From an uncultured Chloroflexia bacterium (GTDB lineage: Bacteria; Chloroflexota; Limnocylindria; Limnocylindrales; CSP1-4), in NCBI GenBank assembly GCA_963725875.1, contig CAVRZZ010000006.1:313847-377846 (forward strand): a DNA stretch of 64,000 bases, written 5' to 3'. Both the position numbers and the translations under genes were made by a program. The notes under the pieces were generated by a model, which saw only the letters and a list, made by a program, of their open reading frames with translations, was not told where the DNA came from and made no database searches. This document shows positions 1 to 8,704 of this stretch, one piece after another; the first letter of the stretch is position 1, and the number at the start of each line of letters is the position of its first letter.

Positions 1-554
1 AGGCGCGCGGCGGGGTCAACCCAGGCCCGGCTCGTGCGGCGGATCCGTGAGCCGTCGGGGAGATCGGCCTCCTCGGTCCATGACTCGTTGGCCGCCTCGT
101 CGTACGCGTAGAACGGCAGGACCAGCGTGCCACCGGGGAGCAGGTGGGCGTGGAAGCGGCCGAGCGTCTCCGCGGCGGCCGCCGGATCGAGCACGAGCTG
201 GAACGACGAGGACGGCACGAGGATCGTCCGGTAGCGGCGCGGGAGGTCCATTGCTTCCATCGGCTGGGCGAACAGGCGCCCGGCGACGTCGAGGCCCGCG
301 GCGTCCGCCTTCGACCGGCAGATCGCCAGCATCTCCCCGGAGATCTCGATGCCGTCGATGTCGATCTCCTGGGCGAGGAAGTCGAGGAGGATGCGGCCGG
401 TCCCGCAGCCGACGTCGAGGACCGGCTGGCCACGCTCGCGGACGACATCGAGGAACCAGTGGCGGTCTTCCCAGTCCGACGTATCGCCGCGAAGCGAGTC
501 CCACGCCAGTGCCATGAGCCCGACGTATTCGAGGTTGGCGGGCTCGCTCGTCAC
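1..554 (-). CDS. Class I SAM-dependent methyltransferase (3' end runs off window)
   Basis: Manual translation from GTG 554 (GTGA overlap with upstream stop): MTSEPANLEYVG...PVLDVGCGTGRI...GIEISGEML...LLPGGTL, containing SAM motif I. Confidence 0.85.
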   Translation of the reverse strand, partial: MTSEPANLEYVGLMALAWDSLRGDTSDWEDRHWFLDVVRERGQPVLDVGCGTGRILLDFLAQEIDIDGIEISGEMLAICRSKADAAGLDVAGRLFAQPMEAMDLPRRYRTILVPSSSFQLVLDPAAAAETLGRFHAHLLPGGTLVLPFYAYDEAANESWTEEADLPDGSRIRRTSRAWVDPAAR

Positions 555-1303
555 GAGCGTGATCCGGAGGTGGGCGCGAAGGTGTCCCCGCCCGGCTGCA
601 CCTTCGCGGCGCCGCCACGCGCCGCCCCCGGCCGGAGCGCCGTGATCGCACCCCACGCCGCGATCGCCATGCCGACGGCGAAGACCGGCCACGGGAAGTC
701 GGTCGGGATGCCGCCCTCGGCCAGGAGGGGGGCGTTCCAGCAGAACGCGACGATCACGACGAGGCCGCCGAGCAGCCCGGCAGCCACCTGCACTGGTCCC
801 ACGCGGACAGGCCTGCCGGCACGGACCCGGCGCGCCGCCGCGAGGCCGAACCCGACGAGCGCGACGCTCACGGCGACCGGCGACCAGACCGGCCCCGCCC
901 ACGGCACCGGGATGAGGAAGAGGAGGTCCCACGTTGTCAGCGACGGCGGCCAGCCGATGAAGACCCAGAGCCACGCGTAGTAGAGGACGTCCCAGGTGCC
1001 GAAGGCGACGGCGGTCCAGGCGAGGCGCTCGAGCCAGCTGCGCCCGGCGAGCCAGCCGGCGGCCGCCAGCATGACGAGCGTCGCGGCCTCCCGGCCGACC
1101 TCGATCGCGGCGAGTTCCCCCACCCCGGCGGGGTCCTGGAGCGGGAAGAGCACGCCCGTCTCGATCCCGAGCGCCCGCTGGAGGTAGACAACGACCGCCG
1201 ACTCGAGGAACGCCATCGCGACGCCGTAGGCGACCACGACGGTCGCGGTGGCGACGAACCAGCCGCCGCGCGGGGCCGGGTCGGGAGCGGGCGTCGGGGA
1301 CAT
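551..1303 (-). CDS. Multi-pass membrane protein of unknown function
   Basis: Several hydrophobic segments; motifs ESAVVVYL, REAATLVML, WDLLFLIPVPW. Confidence 0.75.
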   Translation of the reverse strand: MSPTPAPDPAPRGGWFVATATVVVAYGVAMAFLESAVVVYLQRALGIETGVLFPLQDPAGVGELAAIEVGREAATLVMLAAAGWLAGRSWLERLAWTAVAFGTWDVLYYAWLWVFIGWPPSLTTWDLLFLIPVPWAGPVWSPVAVSVALVGFGLAAARRVRAGRPVRVGPVQVAAGLLGGLVVIVAFCWNAPLLAEGGIPTDFPWPVFAVGMAIAAWGAITALRPGAARGGAAKVQPGGDTFAPTSGSRS

Positions 1304-1359
1304 GGTCGCAGTATCGACGCGCGGGCCACCGCCCGCGTGGCGCGGACCGCGCCTCGGTG

Positions 1360-1818
1360 CTAGGCCGTCGCCGACCCGGGGCCGATCTCCCCCTCGACCT
1401 CCGCGTCGAGGCGGTCGAACCGGGGGGGCGCCGTGCTGCCGCTGGCGGCCAGGAGCGCCTTGGCCAGGTCCTCGGTCGTCGCCTCGAGCAGCGTCATGAA
1501 CTGCGTCTCGGCGAACGCCCGCTTCGGGTCGTCGGCGTCGGCCCCGAAGACCGCGTCGAGCAGGTTGACGAGCATCTGGTCCAACGCGTACAGCCGCAGG
1601 TGGATCAGCTCGTGGACGACGACCTCCTCCAGGTGCTCGGGTGCCTGGCCGGCCCGCAGCAGGAGCACGGCCTTGCGATCGTCGAGGTCGACCTTGACGT
1701 CGCCCGTCTTACGCCACGGCGTGTCGACGAGCCGGACGTCGATGTCCCAGTCGGCGAGCCGCAGGATCGGCTGCCAGCGGGCGAGGACCGCGCGCGCCTC
1801 GTCAGCCGTGATCGGCAT
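1360..1818 (-). CDS. Small zincin-like metallopeptidase/hypothetical protein
   Basis: HExxH motif (VVVHELIH); start overlaps the end of the BMC-P gene. Confidence 0.65.
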   Translation of the reverse strand: MPITADEARAVLARWQPILRLADWDIDVRLVDTPWRKTGDVKVDLDDRKAVLLLRAGQAPEHLEEVVVHELIHLRLYALDQMLVNLLDAVFGADADDPKRAFAETQFMTLLEATTEDLAKALLAASGSTAPPRFDRLDAEVEGEIGPGSATA

Positions 1819-2080
1819 CGGTCACCTCGTCCACGATCCCGACGACGACCGTCCGGATCGGGGCGCCGGGCGCGGCGAGCACCTGGCGCGCCGAGTTCCC
1901 CTCGTCGAGAAGGAGGACCGTCTCGCCTGCCCCGGCACCCACGGAATCCACGGCGATCATGTAGCCGCCGACCGCGTTCCCGGCCGGGTCGAGGAGATCG
2001 CACAGCAGCAGCGTCCGGCCGTCGAACGCCGGGCTGTTGATCGTCGAGACGACGGTCCCGACGACACGCGCCAGCTTCAC
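1802..2080 (-). CDS. eutN: BMC-P pentamer (EutN/CcmL family)
   Basis: MKLARVVGTVVST...AVDSVGAGAGETVL...VVGIVD. Confidence 0.93.
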   Translation of the reverse strand: MKLARVVGTVVSTINSPAFDGRTLLLCDLLDPAGNAVGGYMIAVDSVGAGAGETVLLLDEGNSARQVLAAPGAPIRTVVVGIVDEVTDADHG

Positions 2081-2436
2081 GAACGTGCCCTCCGGGGTCG
2101 CCGCTTCGCCGGCGCGGACGCGGGAGCGGCCGCCGCCACGGGAGGTGGCAAGGCTCCTTCGTCACCCGCCAGTGACCGAACGGCGTCCACGATCCCGACG
2201 ATCGCATGGTCAACCGGGACGAACGGATCGGGCATCGCCTGGGCGGCCTCGCGGGCGGCCACGATGTAGACGAGCTCGCCGGGGCCGGCCATGTGGACGG
2301 CATCGGCGGCCACGACCTGGCCCCCAACGGGACGCAGGTGGCGGTCGAGCGGCTGCACGATGAGCAGCTTGACCCCGGTGAGGCCCGGGACCTTGACGGT
2401 GGCGACGACCGTGCCGGTGACGCGTCCGAGCTGCAT
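2077..2436 (-). CDS. eutN: BMC-P pentamer (EutN/CcmL family) with Ala/Pro/Arg C-terminal tail
   Basis: [15 protein letters not shown]...AADAV.AGPGELV...IVGIVD. Confidence 0.92.
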   Translation of the reverse strand: MQLGRVTGTVVATVKVPGLTGVKLLIVQPLDRHLRPVGGQVVAADAVHMAGPGELVYIVAAREAAQAMPDPFVPVDHAIVGIVDAVRSLAGDEGALPPPVAAAAPASAPAKRRPRRARS

Positions 2437-2441
2437 CGCGG

Positions 2442-3092
2442 CTACCCCCGGACCCGCGCCGCGAACCGCGCGTCGGCGGCCAGGTTCTCGGCCATCTCGC
2501 CGTGGAGCTGCGCAATCACCCGCCGGACGAGACCGGGCGACCCGGCGATCCGCGCGCTCCCAAGCTCGACGGCGGCCTCGACCTCGGCGATCGGCCCGTC
2601 GAAGAGCAGGTATCCCTTGCCCCCCAGGTCGTCCGCAAGGCGCAGCTCGAGGAGCCGGACGTGGGCGCCCTTGAGCCCCGCGTCGGCAGCTTCGATGATC
2701 GCCGCGACCGTGGCGGTCTCGATGATGCCCAGGGCCTCCCCCGTGCCCTGGCAGCGCGCGCCGCGCATGACCGCCACGACGTCCGGGTCGACGTTGGGGA
2801 GGAAGACGACGTCGAGGACGGAGGATGCGGCCACCTCGCGCCCGGCCTCGAGGGCCTCCTCGACATCGGCCACGGCGCCCGCGACCAGGACCAGGTACTT
2901 CCCGGGATGCACGGTGCCCGCCCGGATCACGTCGATCGGGGCCCGCTTCGCCATCGCGTCGCCGGCCTCGATGCCGGCGGCGATCGAGTCGAGCTCCAGG
3001 AGGGCGAGGGCCGGCGCGATCGCGGGGCCGGACTCCCCCGCGGGACGGGCATCCGTTGCGGGGCGGGACTCCCTCGCCGGCCGGGGGCTCAT
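2442..3092 (-). CDS. BMC-T tandem-domain shell protein (PduT-like)
   Basis: Two BMC domains: ALALLELDSIAAGIEAGDAMAKRA and ALGIIETATVAAIIEAADAGLKGA; ATG at 3092 just after upstream stop. Confidence 0.88.
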   Translation of the reverse strand: MSPRPARESRPATDARPAGESGPAIAPALALLELDSIAAGIEAGDAMAKRAPIDVIRAGTVHPGKYLVLVAGAVADVEEALEAGREVAASSVLDVVFLPNVDPDVVAVMRGARCQGTGEALGIIETATVAAIIEAADAGLKGAHVRLLELRLADDLGGKGYLLFDGPIAEVEAAVELGSARIAGSPGLVRRVIAQLHGEMAENLAADARFAARVRG

Positions 3093-3094
3093 CG

Positions 3095-4549
3095 TCAGAC
3101 GATCCGCAGCGCGCCGACGACGGTGATGCGCCGCTCGCGCGAGAACGTCCGCGGCCGCGTGAGGCCGTCCCCGGACGGGCTGGCGATGGAGAACGAGGTG
3201 AAGCCCTCGCCGCCCTCGCCGAGCCCGGCCACGTTCGGGCCGTTCGTGACGAAGATGCTGCAGTTCATCGCCCGGGCCATCTTCGTGATGGTCTCGACGT
3301 TCGTGGAGTGGATCGACGCGGTGTGGCGGAAGCCGTGCTCCATGCGCACCGCGAGGTCGATGGCCTGGTCCACGGTGCCGACGCGCACGATTGGGAGGAC
3401 CGGCATCATCTGCTCGGTCCACGCCAGGCTGTGGTCCCGGGGGACGTCGCAGATCAGCAGGCGCGGGGTCGGCTCCGCCTGCACGCCGATCTCGGCGAGG
3501 ATCTTCGCGGCGTCCTTGCCGATCCAGGCCGCGTTCATGGCCCCGGGCTTCCCCGGCTGCCCCATCTCCTTGAAGATGACTCGCTCCAGGCGGCGCAGCT
3601 CGTGCTCCTTGAGCAGGTAGGCGCCGTTCTGGGTCATCGCCCGGAGCAAGCGGTCGGCGACCGTGTCGACGACGAGGACCACCTTCTCGTCGATGCAGAC
3701 GAGGTTGTTGTCGAACGAGGCGCCGCGGACGATGTCCCGGCCGGCGCGCTCCACGTCGGCGGTCTGGTCGACGACCGCCGGGGGGTTGCCGGGCCCGGCG
3801 GTGATGGCGCGCTTGTCCGACCTCAATGCCTCGCGCACGACGGCCGGCCCGCCGGTGACGAGCAGGACCCGGACGCCGGGGTGGCTCATGAGGGCCCGGG
3901 CGGACTCGATCGTGGGCGTCGCGACCGCCGTGACGAGGTCGGGCGGCCCGCCGGCCCCGACGATCGCCCGGTTGATGAGGCGGATCGTCTCCGAGGAACA
4001 GCGCTTCGCGCTGGGGTGGGCGTTGAAGACAACCGCATTCCCGGCGGAGACGACGCTGATCGTGTTGTTGATGATCGTGGACGTCGGGTTCGTCACGGGG
4101 GTGACCGCCGCGACGATGCCGAACGGGGCGAACTCCGTGACCATCATCCCGGCGTCACCGGTGACAGCCTGGACCTCGAGGTCCTCCGGTCCGGGCGCCT
4201 TCGAGGCGACGAGGCGGTTCTTGACGACCTTGTCGTCGACCCGCCCGATGCGGGTCTCCTGGTGGGCCATGCGGGCCAGCTGCTCGGCATGGTCCAGCAT
4301 GCTGCGGCGGACCGCGTCGATGATGACCTTGCGGCCCGCGAGGCCCTGCGCCCCGAAGGCGACGAAGGCGCGGGTGGCGGCCGCCACCGCCTCGTCGACC
4401 GTGGCGTGGATGCCGTCGCCCAGCTCGGCCGCGGCGGCCGCCGACAGCTCCGCTTCGGCGCGCAGCCCGGCTCCCGGTCGGGCGTCGCCCGCCGCCGACA
4501 CGCGGCGCCGCACTCGCTCGATGATCTCCTGGATCTCGTGCTCGTCCAT
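3095..4549 (-). CDS. eutE: CoA-acylating aldehyde dehydrogenase (EutE/PduP family) with N-terminal encapsulation peptide
   Basis: PVTNPTST, VTGGPAVV, AGPGNPPAVVD, SFDNNLVC, EQMMP, GEGFTSFSIA; GGAGG SD before ATG 4549; amphipathic MDEHEIQEIIERVRRRV. Confidence 0.93.
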   Translation of the reverse strand: MDEHEIQEIIERVRRRVSAAGDARPGAGLRAEAELSAAAAAELGDGIHATVDEAVAAATRAFVAFGAQGLAGRKVIIDAVRRSMLDHAEQLARMAHQETRIGRVDDKVVKNRLVASKAPGPEDLEVQAVTGDAGMMVTEFAPFGIVAAVTPVTNPTSTIINNTISVVSAGNAVVFNAHPSAKRCSSETIRLINRAIVGAGGPPDLVTAVATPTIESARALMSHPGVRVLLVTGGPAVVREALRSDKRAITAGPGNPPAVVDQTADVERAGRDIVRGASFDNNLVCIDEKVVLVVDTVADRLLRAMTQNGAYLLKEHELRRLERVIFKEMGQPGKPGAMNAAWIGKDAAKILAEIGVQAEPTPRLLICDVPRDHSLAWTEQMMPVLPIVRVGTVDQAIDLAVRMEHGFRHTASIHSTNVETITKMARAMNCSIFVTNGPNVAGLGEGGEGFTSFSIASPSGDGLTRPRTFSRERRITVVGALRIV

Positions 4550-4598
4550 CGTCCTCCGCCCGCCCGCCGCCATCGACTCGCCGCCGATCCGCGGCCGG

Positions 4599-4886
4599 CT
4601 ACTTGCGGTAGACCTCCGTCCCGCCCGTCTCCCACGTGTCCACGATCGCCACGATCACCGCGTCGCAGGGCCGGTCCTTCGTTGCCTCCGTGTTCCGGGC
4701 CGAGCTGCCGGTCGCGTACAGGACGACCTCCCCGACACCCGCGCCCACCGCGTCCGCGGCCACCACGTACCCGCCGGCCTCGCGGTTCTCGGCGTCGAGC
4801 TGGCGCACCACGAGGAGCTTCCAGCCCTCCATGAGCGGCTCTTTACGGCTCGCAACCACGGTCCCCGTCACTCGTCCGAGCAGCAT
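4599..4886 (-). CDS. eutN: BMC-P pentamer (EutN/CcmL family)
   Basis: [15 protein letters not shown]...[20 protein letters not shown]...DAVIVAIVD. Confidence 0.94.
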   Translation of the reverse strand: MLLGRVTGTVVASRKEPLMEGWKLLVVRQLDAENREAGGYVVAADAVGAGVGEVVLYATGSSARNTEATKDRPCDAVIVAIVDTWETGGTEVYRK

Positions 4887-4947
4887 GTTGGCACCCGCCT
4901 GCAGGGGAGGGGGCGCCGGCCCGGGGCCGGCGCGCCCGATCCGCGTC

Positions 4948-5256
4948 CTAGCCCTGGCCGGACTCGGCCTTCGCCTCGTCGAGGCGGCCGAGCGGCAGCA
5001 CGAGGTCGACGTTGACGTGCGGCCGGGCGATGACGTGGCTTGCGACGACCTCGCCGACCTTGCCGGCGTTGCGGACGCCGGCCTCGACCGCTGCCTTGAC
5101 CGCGGCGACGTCGCCGCGGACCACCGCCGTGACGTACCCGCCGCCGGTCTTCTCGTAGCTGACGAGCTCGACCTTCGCCGCCTTGACCATCGCGTCGGCG
5201 GCCTCGACCACCGCCGCGAACCCGCGGGCCTCGATCATCCCGAGCGCTTCTGCCAT
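4948..5256 (-). CDS. BMC-H hexamer shell protein (PduA/EutM-like)
   Basis: [10 protein letters not shown]...[11 protein letters not shown]...[15 protein letters not shown]...HVIARPH. Confidence 0.95.
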   Translation of the reverse strand: MAEALGMIEARGFAAVVEAADAMVKAAKVELVSYEKTGGGYVTAVVRGDVAAVKAAVEAGVRNAGKVGEVVASHVIARPHVNVDLVLPLGRLDEAKAESGQG

Positions 5257-5344
5257 CGATCGTTCTCCTTCTCGACCTGCTCGACCTGTCTCGTGCGTGC
5301 GTGCCGGGCCTGTCAGCCCTTCCGCTTGCCAGCCCCGCGGCCCC

Positions 5345-5974
5345 CTAGGCCTTCGCCTCGCGTCCCTCGAGGCCCTCGATCGCGGCCAATGCCGCGCGCC
5401 AGCCGACGTCGATGTCCCGCTCCTCGCCGCCGAGGTAGATGCGGCCCATCGACCCGAAGGACCGGACCTCGAGGATGTTGATGTGGGCCGCCTTCTCCGC
5501 CTCGTTCGCGGCCAGGGCGGCGTAGGCAGCCGGCTCCAGCTCCAGGACGTAGAGCGTCTGGCCGGGGATCAGCATCTGGCCGTGGCGCGTCCGGTTGATC
5601 AGCTGGGCCTGGTGGTCGTCGATGCGGCGGATGATCTGGGAGGACAGGACCCGCGGCTTGATCCGGTCGGTCTCGGCCAGGCCGATCTCGCCGAGGATCG
5701 CGGCGCCGGCGGCGCGCACCTCGGCCTGCGACGGCGAATGGATCTCGAGCATGCCGTAGTAGCGCTCGATGATCTGCATCCCGGGCTTGACGCTCGTCGA
5801 CTTGAGGGCGATGTCGGTCAGCCGATTGATCTCGATGCCGGGCGAGATCTCGATCGAGAGCGAGGCATCGCCGGCCAGGGGCAGGAACCCCTGGGCGACC
5901 GTGCCGAGGAAGGCGGCGTACTGGGCCTGGAGGCTGTCCAGGAAGACGTAGGCCCGGAGGTCAATACTGCTCAT
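5345..5974 (-). CDS. BMC-T permuted, double-stacking type shell protein (CcmP/CsoS1D-like)
   Basis: [11 protein letters not shown]...[17 protein letters not shown]...IERYYGMLE...[17 protein letters not shown]...FGSMGRIYL. Confidence 0.88.
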   Translation of the reverse strand: MSSIDLRAYVFLDSLQAQYAAFLGTVAQGFLPLAGDASLSIEISPGIEINRLTDIALKSTSVKPGMQIIERYYGMLEIHSPSQAEVRAAGAAILGEIGLAETDRIKPRVLSSQIIRRIDDHQAQLINRTRHGQMLIPGQTLYVLELEPAAYAALAANEAEKAAHINILEVRSFGSMGRIYLGGEERDIDVGWRAALAAIEGLEGREAKA

Positions 5975-6872
5975 GCGCGCCCTTCTCTCCCGTGACGATC
6001 TTGACGCCGGCCGAGGCCCCGATCCGGGTCGCGCCGGCCGCGATCATGTCCTGCACGTCCTCGGCCGTCCGGATCCCGCCGGCCGCCTTGACGCCCATCC
6101 TCGGGCCAACCGTCTCGCGCATCAGCGCGACGTCGAAGACGGTGGCGCCGCCCTTCGCATAGCCGGTCGACGTCTTGACCATGTCGGCCTTCGCCTGCTG
6201 CGCGAGGCGGCAGGCGATCACCTTCTCCTCGTCGGTGAGGAGGGCGGTCTCGATGATCACCTTGTTCGCCGCGCCGGCTTCGCGGCAGGCATCCGAGACG
6301 CGCGCGATGTCCTCGCGGACGGCGTCGTGCATGCCGCTCTTGAGCGCCCCGATGTTGATGACCATGTCGATCTCGCGGGCGCCGTCGCGGATCGCCCGGC
6401 GTGCCTCCATCGCCTTGACCTCGGTCGTGCCCGCGCCGAAGGGGAAGCCGATCACTGAAGCCACGGCTACGTCGGAGCCGCGCAGGTTCTCCGCGGCCCG
6501 CCGGACCCAGGTCGGGTTGATGCAGACGGCCGCGAAGCCGTGCTCGGCCGCCTCCGCGCAGAGACGGTCGATGTCGGCCGCGGTGGCCTCGGGCTTGAGG
6601 AGCGTGTGGTCGATGTAGTGGGCGAGGTCCCCCGGGACCTCGTCGGCGCGACCGTGGTACTCGACCCGCGAGGCGCCCCCGGCGACGATGTCGCGCACCT
6701 TCGTGGCGCACTGGGCCGCGCAGCCGCGCACGCACGAGGCACACGGGTCGGCAGCCGCGCCCGGGGAGCCGCCGATCCCGCCCGCCGCTGGGCCTTCGGC
6801 GCCGAGGGCGGCGAGCACCTCCCGGGTGATCGCCTCCACGAGGTCATTCCGCTGGTTGATCGTCTCGGTCAT
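5961..6872 (-). CDS. deoC: Deoxyribose-phosphate aldolase with N-terminal encapsulation peptide and Cys cluster
   Basis: [50 protein letters not shown]. Confidence 0.95.
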   Translation of the reverse strand: MTETINQRNDLVEAITREVLAALGAEGPAAGGIGGSPGAAADPCASCVRGCAAQCATKVRDIVAGGASRVEYHGRADEVPGDLAHYIDHTLLKPEATAADIDRLCAEAAEHGFAAVCINPTWVRRAAENLRGSDVAVASVIGFPFGAGTTEVKAMEARRAIRDGAREIDMVINIGALKSGMHDAVREDIARVSDACREAGAANKVIIETALLTDEEKVIACRLAQQAKADMVKTSTGYAKGGATVFDVALMRETVGPRMGVKAAGGIRTAEDVQDMIAAGATRIGASAGVKIVTGEKGAHEQY

Positions 6873-7528
6873 CCTGGTCGACCCTCACCGGTAGGCTTCA
6901 TGTAGCGGCGCTCGACGTCGGTGATCTTCTCCACTCGGGCGGCGTGGCGGCCCGGCGCCCAGTCCGTCCCCAGCCAGGCCCGCACGATCTCGACGGCCAG
7001 GCCCTCCCCGACGAACCGGGCGCCCAGCGTCAGGACGTTGGCGTGGTTGTGCTCGCGGCTGTTGCGGGCCGACGAGAGGTCGTGGCAGAGGGCGGCCCGG
7101 ACGCCCGGCACCTTGTTCGCGACCATGCACGACCCGATCCCGGCCCCGTCGAGGATGATGCCGTAACGGCAGGTCCCGCCGGCGACGAGTCGCGCCACCG
7201 CGTGGGCGATGTCGGGGTAGTCCACGGCCTCGGGGCCGTTCGTGCCGCAGTCCGTGATCGCGTAGCCGGCCTCGGCCAGCACCCGGCCGATGGCGTCCTT
7301 GAGCTGCCAGCCGCCGTGATCGGCGCCGATCGCGATGGCGACGGGGCGTGCCGCGGGCGCGGACGTCGCGGGCGGTGCGGTGGAGCCGGGCGCGGCGTGC
7401 GCGGCGGTGGCGACGGTCGCGGGCGACGCGGCGGTGGTGGTCGGGGCGACGCCGTCGAGCGTCGCGTCGACGATCCGGCGGACCAGCTGCCGGACGTCGT
7501 CGGCGGAGGGCGTCCGCTGCTCAGCCAT
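6869..7528 (-). CDS. rpiB: Ribose-5-phosphate isomerase B family with N-terminal encapsulation peptide
   Basis: [52 protein letters not shown]. Confidence 0.93.
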   Translation of the reverse strand: MAEQRTPSADDVRQLVRRIVDATLDGVAPTTTAASPATVATAAHAAPGSTAPPATSAPAARPVAIAIGADHGGWQLKDAIGRVLAEAGYAITDCGTNGPEAVDYPDIAHAVARLVAGGTCRYGIILDGAGIGSCMVANKVPGVRAALCHDLSSARNSREHNHANVLTLGARFVGEGLAVEIVRAWLGTDWAPGRHAARVEKITDVERRYMKPTGEGRPG

Positions 7529-8519
7529 GGGCGAGCACCCAGGCGGCGGTCGCCTCGTCGGCGACGACGACCGTCACGATGCCGGCGCGGAGCGCAGCGA
7601 GGGCGATCGGGCCGCGCCCCGCGCCCGCCGCGAGCCCGACCGTCACCGGCGTCGCACGGAGGTCGTCGAGGGGAAGCCCCACGGTGCGTGCGTCGAGCGC
7701 CGGGGAGGCGATTCTGCCGTCGAGGGCCAGGAACCGGCCCAGGATGTCGCCGACGGCACCGGCCGCTTTCAGCGCCGTGAGCTCGGCGTCGTCGAGGTAG
7801 CCCGAGGCGACGTGAACACTGTCCGGGCCCAGGACGCCCATCCCGAAGACGGCCGTCGGGGCCGCACGGGCCGCGGCGATTGTCTCGCCGACCGCGGCGT
7901 CGCCTTCGAGGGCTTCGCGCAGCTCGGACGAGCCGACGATCGCCGGCGCGGCCATCAGGCGGATCGCGGCGCCGGTCGTGGTCCCGAACCGCTCGACCAC
8001 CTCCTGGGCGCGTGTCGGGCGCGCCGACCGGGAGATGGCCCCGTTGAGCTGGACGATCTCGGTCGCGGACGTCCAGCCGGGTCGAAGGTGGGCGGCAAGC
8101 TCGAGCATCGTGCGGCCCCAGGAGACGCCGATCGCGCCCTCCGGCCGGAGCGCGGCCAGCTGGGCGGCGGCCGCGGCGGCGACGCGCTCGCGTGCGAGGA
8201 GCTCGTCGTCGGCCCGGGAGCCCGCAGCCGGCACGTCGACGACCACGGCGCCGCGAAGCGAGAACCGCTCGCAGAGCGCGTCCTCCAGCGCCACGAGCCG
8301 GGCCACCGGGTGGACGATCTCGATCCGGACGGCATCCTCCCGCAGGGCGCGATCGAGGAGCCTGCCGACCTTGAAGCGGCTGACGCCGAGGCGCTTGCCG
8401 ACCTCGTCCTGCGTCAGGTTCAGGCGGTAGTACAGGTGGGCCGCGCGCAGCATCAGGCGGGTCTCGCCCGGCCCGGCCTCGTCGCGGCGGAGCGCCGCGG
8501 GGATCGTCGACATGCTCAC
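7521..8519 (-). CDS. Sugar-binding transcriptional regulator (SorC/DeoR/CggR family)
   Basis: N-terminal HTH (LYYRLNLTQDEVGKRLGVSRFKVGRLL), GVSWGRTM, AVGDILGRF. Confidence 0.9.
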   Translation of the reverse strand: MSMSTIPAALRRDEAGPGETRLMLRAAHLYYRLNLTQDEVGKRLGVSRFKVGRLLDRALREDAVRIEIVHPVARLVALEDALCERFSLRGAVVVDVPAAGSRADDELLARERVAAAAAAQLAALRPEGAIGVSWGRTMLELAAHLRPGWTSATEIVQLNGAISRSARPTRAQEVVERFGTTTGAAIRLMAAPAIVGSSELREALEGDAAVGETIAAARAAPTAVFGMGVLGPDSVHVASGYLDDAELTALKAAGAVGDILGRFLALDGRIASPALDARTVGLPLDDLRATPVTVGLAAGAGRGPIALAALRAGIVTVVVADEATAAWVLAHG

Positions 8520-8577
8520 CTGTGCAGCACCCCGCTCATATGTTCGCAGGCTACGCTCACGGACGCCGACGTGTCAA
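8513..8577 (-). promoter_or_regulatory. Sigma70-type promoter of the BMC operon with two candidate operator boxes
   Basis: Minus strand TTGACA (8577-8572), 18 nt, TAGCCT (8553-8548); imperfect GCTCA-N3-G/T-rich dyads at 8513-8529 and 8533-8548. Confidence 0.65.
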
Positions 8578-8704
8578 GGGGTTGCGGGGATCGTGGTGCA
8601 GGGATCCAGCCGAAGCCCTGGGGCCCTGGCGCGTGCCGCGGGCGTGCCGGCAGCAGGAGACCAGGACGTCGGCTGGGGGCAGACCGCCGGTTCGGGCGAT
8701 CCGC

